From: a virus
IMG/VR virus record: IMGVR_UViG_3300036770_004821
Coordinates: 7,806 to 71,805 of that record
DNA length: 64,000 bases
Direction: 5' to 3' (one strand)
Positions 33,130-42,146 of the stretch are shown one piece after another. Each line of letters opens with the position of its first letter. Position 1 is the first letter of the stretch. The notes beneath the pieces were generated by a model. The model had not been told where the DNA came from. It did not search any database and saw only the letters and a list, made by a program, of their open reading frames with translations. The position numbers and the translations under genes are program-made.

Positions 33130-33530
33130 TATCGTGTTGGCTGAAGTGCGAATGACAACTGTTGAGGAAGAACATCAATTCCAATAATTCTATAGTTGAT
33201 TGTAACGTTAAATTCGTTATTATCGTAATTAGGAGAAATAATCACATCTATTAATTCGACTCTTGGTTCATATCTGTTAATAGTGTTAGTTATTTCATCT
33301 CTTATAATTGATGCTGAAATATCATCTAAATTTTCAAAGAGAGATCTACCTACTTTTGATCCTAAATTCTCATTAAAGAATCTCTCGCCTGGTTGGGTAA
33401 GCACAAGATTTCTTACAGATCTAGCAATAGCACTTTCATTTTTAAGTGCTATAAGATCGTAGTTCAGGGGACTTACCTGAAACGTCATGCTTAAATCTTT
33501 AAATCCTCTGCTTACCCTTTCTAAAGGCAT
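33129..33530 (-). CDS. gp25: Baseplate wedge subunit gp25
   Basis: FKDLS, AIARSVRNLVLTQPGERFF, INRYEPRV. Confidence 0.93.
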   Translation of the reverse strand: MPLERVSRGFKDLSMTFQVSPLNYDLIALKNESAIARSVRNLVLTQPGERFFNENLGSKVGRSLFENLDDISASIIRDEITNTINRYEPRVELIDVIISPNYDNNEFNVTINYRIIGIDVLPQQLSFALQPTR

Positions 33531-33549
33531 GAAATAAAATAAATCTATA

Positions 33550-33789
33550 TTATTTATTCATTTGATAAAGAGGTTCAGTTCCATAGTCCCAGTCATCATA
33601 ATCATTGTCATTTCTAATCTTTTCATGAATTTCATTTTGAATTTTGAAATCATGTTTTTTAGGGGTACAATCATCATGATTAATTTCACGAAGCATCTTT
33701 TGTTCTGAAAATGCATTATAGTCAGACGCCAGACAATTTGTTCCCCACATTTTTCTCATATATTCAGTGTTTCTATCTGATTTTGACAT
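33550..33789 (-). CDS. Conserved hypothetical protein
   Basis: Likely start MSKSDR with AGGAG RBS; WGT..L.SDY and DYDDWDYGTEP patterns. Confidence 0.7.
   Translation of the reverse strand: MSKSDRNTEYMRKMWGTNCLASDYNAFSEQKMLREINHDDCTPKKHDFKIQNEIHEKIRNDNDYDDWDYGTEPLYQMNK
33551..33558 (-). promoter_or_regulatory. Late promoter AATAAATA heading the baseplate operon
   Basis: NATAAATA about 20 nt upstream of gp25. Confidence 0.7.
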
Positions 33790-33832
33790 TTGTTTTCTCC
33801 TGATTTGAAAATCAGAACTTTTAAAGGGGTTT

Positions 33833-34447
33833 CTATCCCTTGTCATGATCAATCAAAAATCCAAGTCGATGATAATCCTCATCCTCTACAAATGTATACT
33901 TACTATCTATATTCAAATCTTCATCTTTCCAGATTGGTATTGCAACTGTATTTCCATATCTAAAATCGGAATTCCTACGAAAATGAACCTCAATAAGTTT
34001 TCCTTCAATGAATTCACAATTAATCCATTCATATTTTTCTTTAAATGAATTCAATACTTTTGGAAATTCAACTTTACGTTCTATCTTATACCATCTAGAC
34101 CACTTATAAAGATTGTTTTGCTGTGGTGATCTTTCCCCTTTTACAATAAGATTTGGAATTCCTTTTTTATAATCAACACTCAAATGTTCTCCTACAAATA
34201 ATTCACACCAGAACTCTGAGGGATGTAAATGTTCTGTAGAATCTTCAATGAATTCTACACGAGAAAACCGGCCCATACCCATAAAGTTCATAGAAGGTCT
34301 TACAATATAAAAGTCGGGTTTAGGAACCGAAAGTCCTGCTGGACCGCAGTTATATCCTAAAACCCGACTAAGTATCAGTTTATTATAAACCCAAAGGTCC
34401 TCTGAATGTATTGAATTCCACTCTGAGGAGACCTCCAGATGATACAT
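33833..34447 (-). CDS. Hypothetical protein, possible ATP-grasp fold
   Basis: YIVRP.MN..GMG, E...GEHLSVDY, INCEFI...LIEVHFR resemble ATP-grasp motifs. Confidence 0.5.
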   Translation of the reverse strand: MYHLEVSSEWNSIHSEDLWVYNKLILSRVLGYNCGPAGLSVPKPDFYIVRPSMNFMGMGRFSRVEFIEDSTEHLHPSEFWCELFVGEHLSVDYKKGIPNLIVKGERSPQQNNLYKWSRWYKIERKVEFPKVLNSFKEKYEWINCEFIEGKLIEVHFRRNSDFRYGNTVAIPIWKDEDLNIDSKYTFVEDEDYHRLGFLIDHDKG

Positions 34448-34450
34448 AAA

Positions 34451-34591
34451 CTATTTTCCCTGACCTCTATATTTTTTCTTTGCACCATTCCGAGAGGTTG
34501 CGGAATACTTTGTGTGCTTCCCTAGACCCTGACGAGTAGACTTGGGTTTTGATTCAATTTGTTGTCCGTTTAGATTCGGTCTTTTTGCCAT
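34451..34591 (-). CDS. Small basic protein (46 aa), missed by the ORF track
   Basis: MAKRPNLNGQQIESKPKSTRQGLGKHTKYSATSRNGAKKKYRGQGK; AAGGAG RBS. Confidence 0.75.
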   Translation of the reverse strand: MAKRPNLNGQQIESKPKSTRQGLGKHTKYSATSRNGAKKKYRGQGK

Positions 34592-34606
34592 AATGATTCT
34601 CCTTTA

Positions 34607-35377
34607 TCAAATAACTCTAATTTTTTCGTGACCCACACGAATTCGTGGATCACACCAAATTTCATATCCTACTTCCTTTGCATCAAGACAGAAAGAAACA
34701 TCCTCTCCGCACATATCTTGAACTGCTCCAGATTCAAACACTTGCATCTTTGGTGCAAACCAAGGATACTCTAGATTTTCAAAGACTCCATTTTTAATTA
34801 GAACCCAACCAAATCCAGTATAATCAACTGTAAATGGTTTCTTTCTCTTTGAAAGACTTTCTACAGTTTCATGATTCATAACACCGCCATTCTTTCGGAA
34901 GTCATCTTCTTCCAACCAGTGAGCAACTGAAGAAGTGTGTCCATCTTCAGTTGCATACCATCCAGCAGAAATTGGTCTTTCATCACCTTCTGCAGGTAAT
35001 GCCAGATCGCAGAGTTGCCAGAACTTTTCTGAATTAAAAACAATATCACTATCAATCCAGAGTTGATAGTCATAATTAAGTTTTCCATCCCAAGGAATTT
35101 GTTTTGGCCCCCTGAGAACATTTGCTCCAAGTACTTTGCAACGAGCAAAGTTTACCATTGATGAATAGTCTTGTGAGATTTGAATGCTCATTCCATTCTG
35201 AACCAAATCAAAACAGAGTTGAACAAAACTTTTCAGAAATGTAAATGAACATCCTCGTCCAGGAAGACAGAAGACAATTAATTTACCTTTCATTCTTTCT
35301 TTAATCGCATCATAATCCCACTGTGGTTCTGATGATATTGGCGCTTTTGCTTTTACAGTGAATCCTTTAGTTGTCAT
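34607..35377 (-). CDS. Glycosyltransferase (GT-A/GT2-like)
   Basis: VNFARCK, LWIDSDIVF (DxD), YTGFGWVLIK..VFE, GEDVSFC, VGHEK. Confidence 0.8.
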   Translation of the reverse strand: MTTKGFTVKAKAPISSEPQWDYDAIKERMKGKLIVFCLPGRGCSFTFLKSFVQLCFDLVQNGMSIQISQDYSSMVNFARCKVLGANVLRGPKQIPWDGKLNYDYQLWIDSDIVFNSEKFWQLCDLALPAEGDERPISAGWYATEDGHTSSVAHWLEEDDFRKNGGVMNHETVESLSKRKKPFTVDYTGFGWVLIKNGVFENLEYPWFAPKMQVFESGAVQDMCGEDVSFCLDAKEVGYEIWCDPRIRVGHEKIRVI

Positions 35378-35400
35378 AAAATTAATAAAACCTCAGATCA

Positions 35401-35430
35401 ATTTTAACAGTCTATATATCATTCTGTCAA
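35401..35430 (-). promoter_or_regulatory. Sigma70-type promoter TTGACA-N18-TAAAAT (extended -10)
   Basis: Read directly upstream of the glycosyltransferase. Confidence 0.65.
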
Positions 35431-35612
35431 TGAGAAGAATTTAGAGAAATCTCTTTATCTAAAATAATCTCCTCATATGAAAGATCTTTATTATCAGATA
35501 TAAAATCTGCAAGTTGTTTTAGAGACTTCCAAAGATTTTCAAACTCCTCTTCATTGAGAGAGTGAAAAATACATTTGTTATTGGAGTATATGTGATATAT
35601 TTTCTCTTTCAT
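35427..35612 (-). CDS. Hypothetical protein
   Basis: 61-aa ORF in operon spacing. Confidence 0.65.
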   Translation of the reverse strand: MKEKIYHIYSNNKCIFHSLNEEEFENLWKSLKQLADFISDNKDLSYEEIILDKEISLNSSH

Positions 35613-35614
35613 AT

Positions 35615-35758
35615 TTACTTTGTGATTGCATTATATATGATAACAATCAGAAATCCAATGGGAACTCCGATAATACGCAGAGTTTGTTTTGGATATCGAA
35701 TCAACCACCCAGCAAACACAACCTTCCAAAAATTCCAATAGGGGGTTCTTCTTTTCAT
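35615..35758 (-). CDS. Small membrane protein (47 aa), missed by the ORF track
   Basis: MKRRTPYWNFWKVVFAGWLIRYPKQTLRIIGVPIGFLIVIIYNAITK. Confidence 0.65.
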   Translation of the reverse strand: MKRRTPYWNFWKVVFAGWLIRYPKQTLRIIGVPIGFLIVIIYNAITK

Positions 35759-36242
35759 TTCAAAAATTTTCTGCGGGAATTTTTTATCTAAAAGGGTATT
35801 TGGGGTGAATTTTTCCTGGGGGATTTTTTTATATGTAAGGGAGGTATAGAACGCTCGTGAGTGTAGATCCTTGTAGGTTAGAAAGTCTTAAAAATCTTAA
35901 AGGGGGGCGTTACGCAAAATATAAGGAATAAGAAACAATCATAATAACTGCTAACACGAATAAAGAATAAGTGTTATTCGTGTGTTATTCGTTATATTTT
36001 GTGTCATTCTTTACACTATCTGCTCACACTTTCCAGTATATAATTATACTCAGAACAGTTGTTTACATAAGAAACGAACAATTCATTGAGTATTAGAATC
36101 AAACAACGAATTGTTTATACTATCTCACGGATTGTTTATTCTTTATCAGAACTCACGTAGAGATAATGATTGTGAGTTCTCAGTTGAGAAACAACTGTTC
36201 TGAGTATAAACATATACGAACATCTGAATGTTTCAGTATAAG

Positions 36243-36410
36243 TTACCAACGAATATTCAAATCTTCGACATAAGATCTAACCTTCTCAGTGGGTTCTAGT
36301 TTGAATAACTTTTTCCAATCAATCTGATGTGGATTGAAATCTTCTAATGATTCAATCTCTAATGTAATACGATACCTATTCTTTTGTGCGGAAAGATAAG
36401 AACTAGACAT
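36243..36410 (-). CDS. Small hypothetical protein (55 aa), missed by the ORF track
   Basis: MSSSYLSAQKNRYRITLEIESLEDFNPHQIDWKKLFKLEPTEKVRSYVEDLNIRW; own TTGACG-N17-TAGACT promoter at about 36450-36478. Confidence 0.65.
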   Translation of the reverse strand: MSSSYLSAQKNRYRITLEIESLEDFNPHQIDWKKLFKLEPTEKVRSYVEDLNIRW

Positions 36411-36806
36411 AAGACGTAAGAAGCAGGGTGAACGAATGACCGAACGATAAGTCTACCAGATATAACTGTCTACGTCAACCGTATTACACGAATCAAATAA
36501 GAACACGAATAAGACTGTGTGTGAGTCCTTATACGTTGTTCTTATTCTTGCCCTTATAAACGAATCAAAATCATACACGAATGTTCTTATAAAGCATAAG
36601 AAAAAATGTGATTGATTTTGAATTCCTATACGAACAGACTCTAAACACGAATAAGTCTCAAAGGAAAAGAAAAGTCATAAGCATATTTATTCAGTTGTAT
36701 ACGATGTTCTTATATACACGAATGAATGTGTGAGTATAAGAACATCGTATTGGTGTGAATTCAAGTCTTATACGATAAGACTCTAATCACGAATCAGGAT
36801 TGTTTT

Positions 36807-36835
36807 ATTATAGGGCATCAGTCATTCAATGTCAA
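36807..36835 (-). promoter_or_regulatory. Consensus sigma70 promoter TTGACA-N17-TATAAT firing into the repeat region
   Basis: tgtcaa at 36830-36835 and attata at 36807-36812, between the two 33-bp repeats. Confidence 0.8.
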
Positions 36836-36869
36836 GTCTTATACGATAAGACTCTAATCACGAAAGAAC

Positions 36870-37127
36870 TTATCCATCGGAGATTTCTTCTGCCCAGTAA
36901 TGAATCCATCGTTCTGCTTCTTCAATGTAAGCACTTTCATAATCCTCATCATTCTCATATTCTTCATCACCACGCTGATTCTCAAAAACTCCATAAGACT
37001 CAAACATTTCCATAGCAGCAGTGTAAGCTACCAGATTTGCTTCATCCAAATTATCTGCTTCAATTACATCAGTTTCAGTCTCATTATATCCACCACCCAG
37101 ACCGTAAGTAATTTGAAATTGTGCCAT
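36870..37127 (-). CDS. Acidic hypothetical protein
   Basis: 85-aa D/E-rich ORF. Confidence 0.7.
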   Translation of the reverse strand: MAQFQITYGLGGGYNETETDVIEADNLDEANLVAYTAAMEMFESYGVFENQRGDEEYENDEDYESAYIEEAERWIHYWAEEISDG

Positions 37128-37163
37128 AGTAAAAAAGAAAAAACTTATGAGTTTGTGTACGAT

Positions 37164-37355
37164 TCAGACTAACTCATTTTTTGTGTCATTATCCTTAATG
37201 TAATATACGTGAGAATAAGAAAAAGGAACTCCATTTGCTGCTAGATTAGAGTTAATTTCCCTCACGATTTCTTGTGCTTCTTTCTCAGTTTCAGCATACA
37301 AATCATCGCGGAGTTCGTGAGAACCATCAACGATTTCCCAGATGTCGAATTGCAT
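37164..37355 (-). CDS. Hypothetical protein
   Basis: 63-aa ORF directly below a palindrome-promoter cassette. Confidence 0.65.
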   Translation of the reverse strand: MQFDIWEIVDGSHELRDDLYAETEKEAQEIVREINSNLAANGVPFSYSHVYYIKDNDTKNELV

Positions 37356-37417
37356 AAGACTTGAGTATAAAGAAGTAAAGAATGAGACCCGTGTGAGACA
37401 CTTCCCCCCACCTCTCT

Positions 37418-37475
37418 AATCTACCACACTTTGGGGTCTGTGCTCGTTTAGTGTGCCAGTTTCACAAGTGGCACA
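37418..37475 (-). promoter_or_regulatory. Palindrome-promoter cassette (family B)
   Basis: gtgccagt-ttcaca-agtggcac, 29 bp from TAGATT. Confidence 0.8.
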
Positions 37476-38041
37476 GTGGTATAAGAGACTCATGCTAAGA
37501 ATACTATTTCTTATGAATATGTCCAGACACTAAAAAACCTTCTCAAGATTTTTAGAGATTTGTAAAGAACTCTAAGTCTTAAGAATTAAAATTTTCTTAA
37601 ATTCGATCATATTCAATTATAACACCTTTTGTATCTTTCAAGGATTCATTCATCCTTACGATTTTATTGCGACGGAGACCGTGTTCTAACTCCCTCTGTT
37701 TATAATAATCAATTACACATAACTTATCATACCTTATTGTCTTCTGTCAGTTTGTTATCTCTGTATCCTGTAGGAGAGTTCAAGAGCTGCTCTATGAGTC
37801 AAATAAGATATTTTTATTTATAATAGATTGATTCTTATGTATTATAATGCTTAGTAACGACTCAATATACCTTTATGGTCTTAGAGGCGTCTTCTAGGCG
37901 ATTCTAGAAGGGTCTCAGAGGGTATTCTATTCTTACCCCTTCGGGGTAATTCCTTCGGAAATCTCAAGTATTAGATATAGTTATTCTTAAGTACCTTAGA
38001 GTTCTTATAAGGTACAACTTATCTTCATCGGTAACAAACCT

Positions 38042-38103
38042 AGTCTAGCAGTATTCTTATAAGTCTGTCAAGTGTTGACTTATAAGCACTCATGTCTTAT
38101 AAT
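38042..38103. promoter_or_regulatory. Back-to-back divergent sigma70 promoters
   Basis: Plus strand TTGACT(38075)-N17-TATAAT; minus strand TTGACA(38071)-N18-TAGACT; CTTATAAG palindrome on both sides. Confidence 0.6.
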
Positions 38104-38238
38104 AACGAAATCAGGATAGAACATTGAAAATTAAAAATATATTGTGAAGTCTTATATGCACTTATAAGGTCTAATCACGAAGTCTTATAGTATTTGGATT
38201 TCTTATGAGTGGTATTTGGATTTCTTATGTGTCCCCTC

Positions 38239-38267
38239 TTGACAAAAAAGAGTTCTTGTGATACAAT
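38239..38267 (+). promoter_or_regulatory. Sigma70 promoter TTGACA-N17-TACAAT
   Basis: Near-consensus with TG extension, upstream of the GIY-YIG gene. Confidence 0.7.
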
Positions 38268-38398
38268 GAAGTCCAAGATGACAAGGATCTAGAAGAATAA
38301 GATTTATAAACATTACATATATCAAAAACAAATCGCAATACAATATTTCTTTAATCTTTTGTTAACTTATTAACAAATCGTATAAAAAGGCACTTTAT

Positions 38399-38406
38399 TA
38401 TAAATA
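38399..38406 (+). promoter_or_regulatory. Late promoter TATAAATA
   Basis: Exact T4 late consensus 26 nt upstream of the GIY-YIG ATG. Confidence 0.7.
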
Positions 38407-38432
38407 TTCAACGTTTAATACGTTTTACTATA

Positions 38433-39248
38433 ATGAAAACAGGAATAATATATTGTATTACAAATACAATAAATGGTAAACGTTATATTGGACAAACCAA
38501 AAATGAATTAAACAAAAGATGGAAAGATCATCTTAATGAAGCAAAGAAATATAATACTAGACCTCTTTACAGAGCAATAAACAAATACGGAACTGACGTT
38601 TTTAAAATTAAGATAATAGAAGAATGTAATATTGAGAACTTAAATGAAAAAGAAGCATTTTGGATAAAAAAGTTAAATACATTCAATAATGGATATAATG
38701 CTACCTCTGGTGGAGATCATTTCGATCATAGTGATAAGACAAAAGATAAAATATCCATCACTATGACAAACATTGAAAGAAATGATAATTGGAGAAAGAA
38801 TAGTGAAAATAGTTTAAAACATAAAGTTGAAAAAGGTGAATTATGGGGTTTTCTAAAAGGAAATCATTATAACCACAATAAACTTAAAAGAAAAGTAAAA
38901 GCAATTAATCTAGAAACAGGAGAAGAAACTATATTTGAAAGTATGAATAATGCTGCCTATGTAATTACAGGAAATAAAAAGTGTGCTAGTAATATATCTA
39001 ATGCTATTAAAAATGGATTTAATGTTTATGGTTATAAATGGGAAAAAATAGATAATACTCCTACAAAAATATCAGTTATTGGTATTCATAAGAGAACAGA
39101 GGAAATAATAAAGTATGAAAGTATGAGTGCTGCTGCTTTTGATTTAACAGGTGATCCAACAAAAGCAAAGGGTGGATTAAGAAAAAGTTTATCAAATCCT
39201 GGTAAAAATAGTTGGATGGGATATTATTGGTATTATCAAAATTCATAA
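38433..39248 (+). CDS. GIY-YIG (Seg-like) free-standing homing endonuclease
   Basis: GIIYCITNTINGKRYIGQT, RW..H, E..WI, GYN; two C-terminal NUMOD-like repeats (FESMNNAA / YESMSAAA ... GY.W). Confidence 0.92.
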   Translation: MKTGIIYCITNTINGKRYIGQTKNELNKRWKDHLNEAKKYNTRPLYRAINKYGTDVFKIKIIEECNIENLNEKEAFWIKKLNTFNNGYNATSGGDHFDHSDKTKDKISITMTNIERNDNWRKNSENSLKHKVEKGELWGFLKGNHYNHNKLKRKVKAINLETGEETIFESMNNAAYVITGNKKCASNISNAIKNGFNVYGYKWEKIDNTPTKISVIGIHKRTEEIIKYESMSAAAFDLTGDPTKAKGGLRKSLSNPGKNSWMGYYWYYQNS

Positions 39249-39448
39249 TCCATTTCATAATAAGCAGAGATTACATTATCATCATTTTGATGAACTAACT
39301 TAGACATTCGGGAATGAATGTTTGAGACATTATACCCTGTGAATTGTACTTCATCAAGAATTGAATCAAGTTGCTTTCTTTCTCGTTGTGTTTTTGGTTT
39401 GCGTAGAGCACAAGAGTTGTAATGTGCGTTGCGATGAGTGCGAGACAT
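39236..39448 (-). CDS. Hypothetical protein
   Basis: 70-aa ORF, MSRT.R...LRKPKT. Confidence 0.65.
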   Translation of the reverse strand: MSRTHRNAHYNSCALRKPKTQRERKQLDSILDEVQFTGYNVSNIHSRMSKLVHQNDDNVISAYYEMDYEF

Positions 39449-39691
39449 TTACTTCTTTTCCGTAGTGAGAACAGTTACAATAGTTGAATCAGGAGTTAGA
39501 TAATCAACTTGATAAACAGTTGGAGAGATTTGTTGTTTGCCGACGATCGTAGAAATCAAAAGAAGTTCAAGCATTTTTTTGAATCAGTGAAATGGAATCG
39601 GTAATTAAAGTAGTCAGATAGAGTGGGGCATACGATGCATTGACAATTGCATACACAACCTGTTTTGTTTCTATGTCGTATGTATAGACAA

Positions 39692-39886
39692 TCATTTGAT
39701 TTGAGATTTCAGAAGAGAAAGAACACATTCACGATCAACACTATCACCTAGAAACTTTTCATTCTTAAGTCTCAGAATTTGTAGATGAATTGATGTTGCC
39801 TTTTTGATTTGTTTGAGTGTGTATTCAGTTGGGTAAATCCCATCAGGTCCGTAGAAAGACCACATATAATCATAAAACTTAGTCAT
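39692..39886 (-). CDS. Hypothetical protein
   Basis: FYDYMWSFYGPDGIYP...GDSVDRE pattern. Confidence 0.65.
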   Translation of the reverse strand: MTKFYDYMWSFYGPDGIYPTEYTLKQIKKATSIHLQILRLKNEKFLGDSVDRECVLSLLKSQIK

Positions 39887-40103
39887 TGGTTGAATGATTT
39901 ACGATTTGATCTTCGATTTGATTTGCGAGTTGATTGTATGCGGAAAAGTCATTGTGCGACTTCTCACAATCAACTTGAAATCGACTTCTAAATGCTTTAT
40001 CTCGCATCACACGAAGAATCGTGTCGATTTGATCGTCAGTGAAATAATAATCTTTGAGTTCATTCATTGAGATAAGGTTCACGGAGGTCTTCGACAAATT
40101 CAA
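39879..40103 (-). CDS. Hypothetical protein
   Basis: ORF overlapping its neighbours in operon; start uncertain. Confidence 0.55.
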   Translation of the reverse strand: MNLSKTSVNLISMNELKDYYFTDDQIDTILRVMRDKAFRSRFQVDCEKSHNDFSAYNQLANQIEDQIVNHSTND

Positions 40104-40107
40104 GTGC

Positions 40108-40380
40108 TTACATCAATTCAGGATCTTCATACTGTCTCCATTGTTCACGGAGTTCGTTATCAATACACTCAGAGATTTCAGTGTAGAGATAATCATAATC
40201 TTCAAGATTGCTGAGAACGTTCTCAGCAATCTCACGGGGTTGTTTTACCTGATTGCAGTCATCATCCATCACAAACACATCTTCTTTTGTGAAAATGAAG
40301 GCAGCAACAGGAGCATCTTCACCCTGTTGTTCAATCAAACGTTGGACGGAATCTTGAAGTTGTTTGAGAGTGCGGTACAT
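40108..40380 (-). CDS. Acidic hypothetical protein
   Basis: Start MYRTLKQ just below the cassette promoter. Confidence 0.65.
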   Translation of the reverse strand: MYRTLKQLQDSVQRLIEQQGEDAPVAAFIFTKEDVFVMDDDCNQVKQPREIAENVLSNLEDYDYLYTEISECIDNELREQWRQYEDPELM

Positions 40381-40402
40381 GAGATTTCTCAGGAACAAAT
40401 GT

Positions 40403-40461
40403 AATGTAGTAGGGCATGGGGGCATTAGGAACCCCCTTGTGCCAGTTAATTAAGTGTCACA
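40403..40461 (-). promoter_or_regulatory. Palindrome-promoter cassette
   Basis: gtgccagt-taatta-agtgtcac, 30 bp from TACATT. Confidence 0.7.
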
Positions 40462-40709
40462 TTAGAATTCAATCTCCCAAACTTTTTTATCGTGTAAGAA
40501 AGAGAGTCAATCAACGTCCCGGATTGTGCGGTGAGTTCTTTGACTAATTCATTGCCAATGTCCTCATCATCAGCATCATCGGAAATCTCAATCTCAACAA
40601 TGTAACCTACATACTCCTCTTGAAGATGCTCCTGAAGATTTGGTTGTTGAAGTAGATCAAGAGAATCAAGATCGAAAGAAATGTCGGTGACTTGAAGTTG
40701 GAGAATCAT
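40446..40709 (-). CDS. Acidic hypothetical protein
   Basis: 87-aa ORF; stop lies inside the palindrome. Confidence 0.65.
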   Translation of the reverse strand: MILQLQVTDISFDLDSLDLLQQPNLQEHLQEEYVGYIVEIEISDDADDEDIGNELVKELTAQSGTLIDSLSYTIKKFGRLNSNVTLN

Positions 40710-40740
40710 TTTCAGAAACTAAAGAAAAGAATGAAATGAA

Positions 40741-40911
40741 CTAGACAAGAGCAAGAGCAGAAGAATCTTGACGAGGATTCTTGATTTGCTTAACCCAGGT
40801 AGATTTGCGATTCTTCACTTGCGAAGGAAGTTTGCTGTAACCTTGAACTTCATTCACAAGAGCAATGAGATTGAGAAAGAATTGCTTTTCCATTCTCTGT
40901 GCGGTGGTCAT
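40741..40911 (-). CDS. Small hypothetical protein (56 aa), missed by the ORF track
   Basis: MTTAQRMEKQFFLNLIALVNEVQG...; directly below a cassette promoter. Confidence 0.6.
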   Translation of the reverse strand: MTTAQRMEKQFFLNLIALVNEVQGYSKLPSQVKNRKSTWVKQIKNPRQDSSALALV

Positions 40912-40935
40912 TGCCTTTCCCTCGATTGCTACGCA

Positions 40936-40995
40936 ATCCTAGCACGGGACGGGGGGGTTCGGGGGGTATAGTGTGCCAGTTTCACAAGTGGCACA
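40936..40995 (-). promoter_or_regulatory. Palindrome-promoter cassette
   Basis: gtgccagt-ttcaca-agtggcac, 31 bp from TAGGAT. Confidence 0.75.
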
Positions 40996-41019
40996 TTGGG
41001 TAAGAGTCTCAGGTGAGAA

Positions 41020-41529
41020 TCAGAGACTCTTATACAAACTTCCGTATTTTCCGAAAATCGTCTGAAATCTATTCAGTCGATTTCCAAGATAGATGATTGC
41101 AGATTGAAATGGTGCTGCGCTCTTTCCTTCACCAAACTTCAATCTTCGATTTATAGCAATCCAAGGATAATCAGATACTGATTTCCACCAAACAGTAGAT
41201 ACATCTAATTTGATGAGAAGTATCATTTCTTTACTATTTCCTTTTTCATATTGATTCACTGCATAAGGTATCCAATTCTTACTGTCACTGTAAGGATGAT
41301 TCATAAAAACAGAATCTGCAATCCAATCGTGTTGCAATCCATTTGTGATTTCTGTGAATACTCTTTTTGCAGGAACATTTGGATTATTTTCATCATTTGA
41401 GCAAGGGTCTAAATCAACCTCACCTTCAAAAAATACAAGTACATCCTCTACAAATGATTTTGGAGTATTCCAACAATCAGTTCGATTTCCTGTCGATGCT
41501 GTGAGTGCTTTAAGCGCGGTTGAAGTCAT
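41020..41529 (-). CDS. Phage-type DNA N6-adenine methyltransferase
   Basis: WNTP, VDLDPCS, NGL..DW, VFMNHPYS (NPPY-like), RLKF, APF.SAI. Confidence 0.85.
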   Translation of the reverse strand: MTSTALKALTASTGNRTDCWNTPKSFVEDVLVFFEGEVDLDPCSNDENNPNVPAKRVFTEITNGLQHDWIADSVFMNHPYSDSKNWIPYAVNQYEKGNSKEMILLIKLDVSTVWWKSVSDYPWIAINRRLKFGEGKSAAPFQSAIIYLGNRLNRFQTIFGKYGSLYKSL

Positions 41530-42119
41530 AAAATTGTTTTTCCGTAATTAGCAAGAAGATAAAATGCCATTCCTTTATCTTTTAGTTGAACTCCATTATA
41601 GCACATCGGAGTGTATTCTCCACGCCTATTTTTGGATGCTTTTGTTCTAATTTGCAGTAGTTTGTTTGGACCTGTAATTGTATTTAACTCTGATCCTTCA
41701 GCATATGAAAGTTTGATTTGAGCGCAAATATAACCATAATCTTCTGCAAGATAATTATAATGTTCAGCGTGAGTTTCTGAATCGACTGTGATATTTCCCC
41801 TATATTGATTATTACGAGTAAATCCAATGTAGATAGTTTTATCTAATTTCTTGCCAACCTTGCTCTCATCAAACTCAACTCTATTTTCAATAATTTCTTG
41901 TAAGCAATGTTTGAGGTTAGTTACAGCGATAGTTTCACCAATGGTAAATGTTTTTAGTTCACCATCAATCAAATCTCTGAGATTTGAACTATTCTTAACT
42001 CCAAGTGCAATTTCAATGAGTTGTCCACGTTTACCTTTATTTCTTCCAGGTTTGTGAAAGGAATCAAAATCAAAGTTAGAAAACTTTGATTCAACATCAG
42101 CAACGGTGAGTTTAGTCAT
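41526..42119 (-). CDS. MutH/Sau3AI-like PD-(D/E)xK endonuclease
   Basis: NKGKRGQLIE..LG..N....DL.DGELKT, LLQIRTK, C-terminal AFYL; ATGA-coupled to the methyltransferase. Confidence 0.75.
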   Translation of the reverse strand: MTKLTVADVESKFSNFDFDSFHKPGRNKGKRGQLIEIALGVKNSSNLRDLIDGELKTFTIGETIAVTNLKHCLQEIIENRVEFDESKVGKKLDKTIYIGFTRNNQYRGNITVDSETHAEHYNYLAEDYGYICAQIKLSYAEGSELNTITGPNKLLQIRTKASKNRRGEYTPMCYNGVQLKDKGMAFYLLANYGKTIL

Positions 42120-42146
42120 AACTTAATTAGAATCTTGAGTTTCAGG

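Larger units (their letters stand above)
35760..36870. repeat. Mostly non-coding region with many short ACGAA(T) repeats, A/T tracts and a 33-bp direct repeat (36761-36793 and 36832-36864)
   Basis: ACACGAAT/ATACGA/AACGAA recur more than 15 times; exact duplicate tcaagtcttatacgataagactctaatcacgaa. Confidence 0.75.

Noticed and set aside
37629-37823. 64-aa plus-strand ORF in the non-coding control region
   Set aside because: TTG start, no RBS and no motif; not supportable as a gene.
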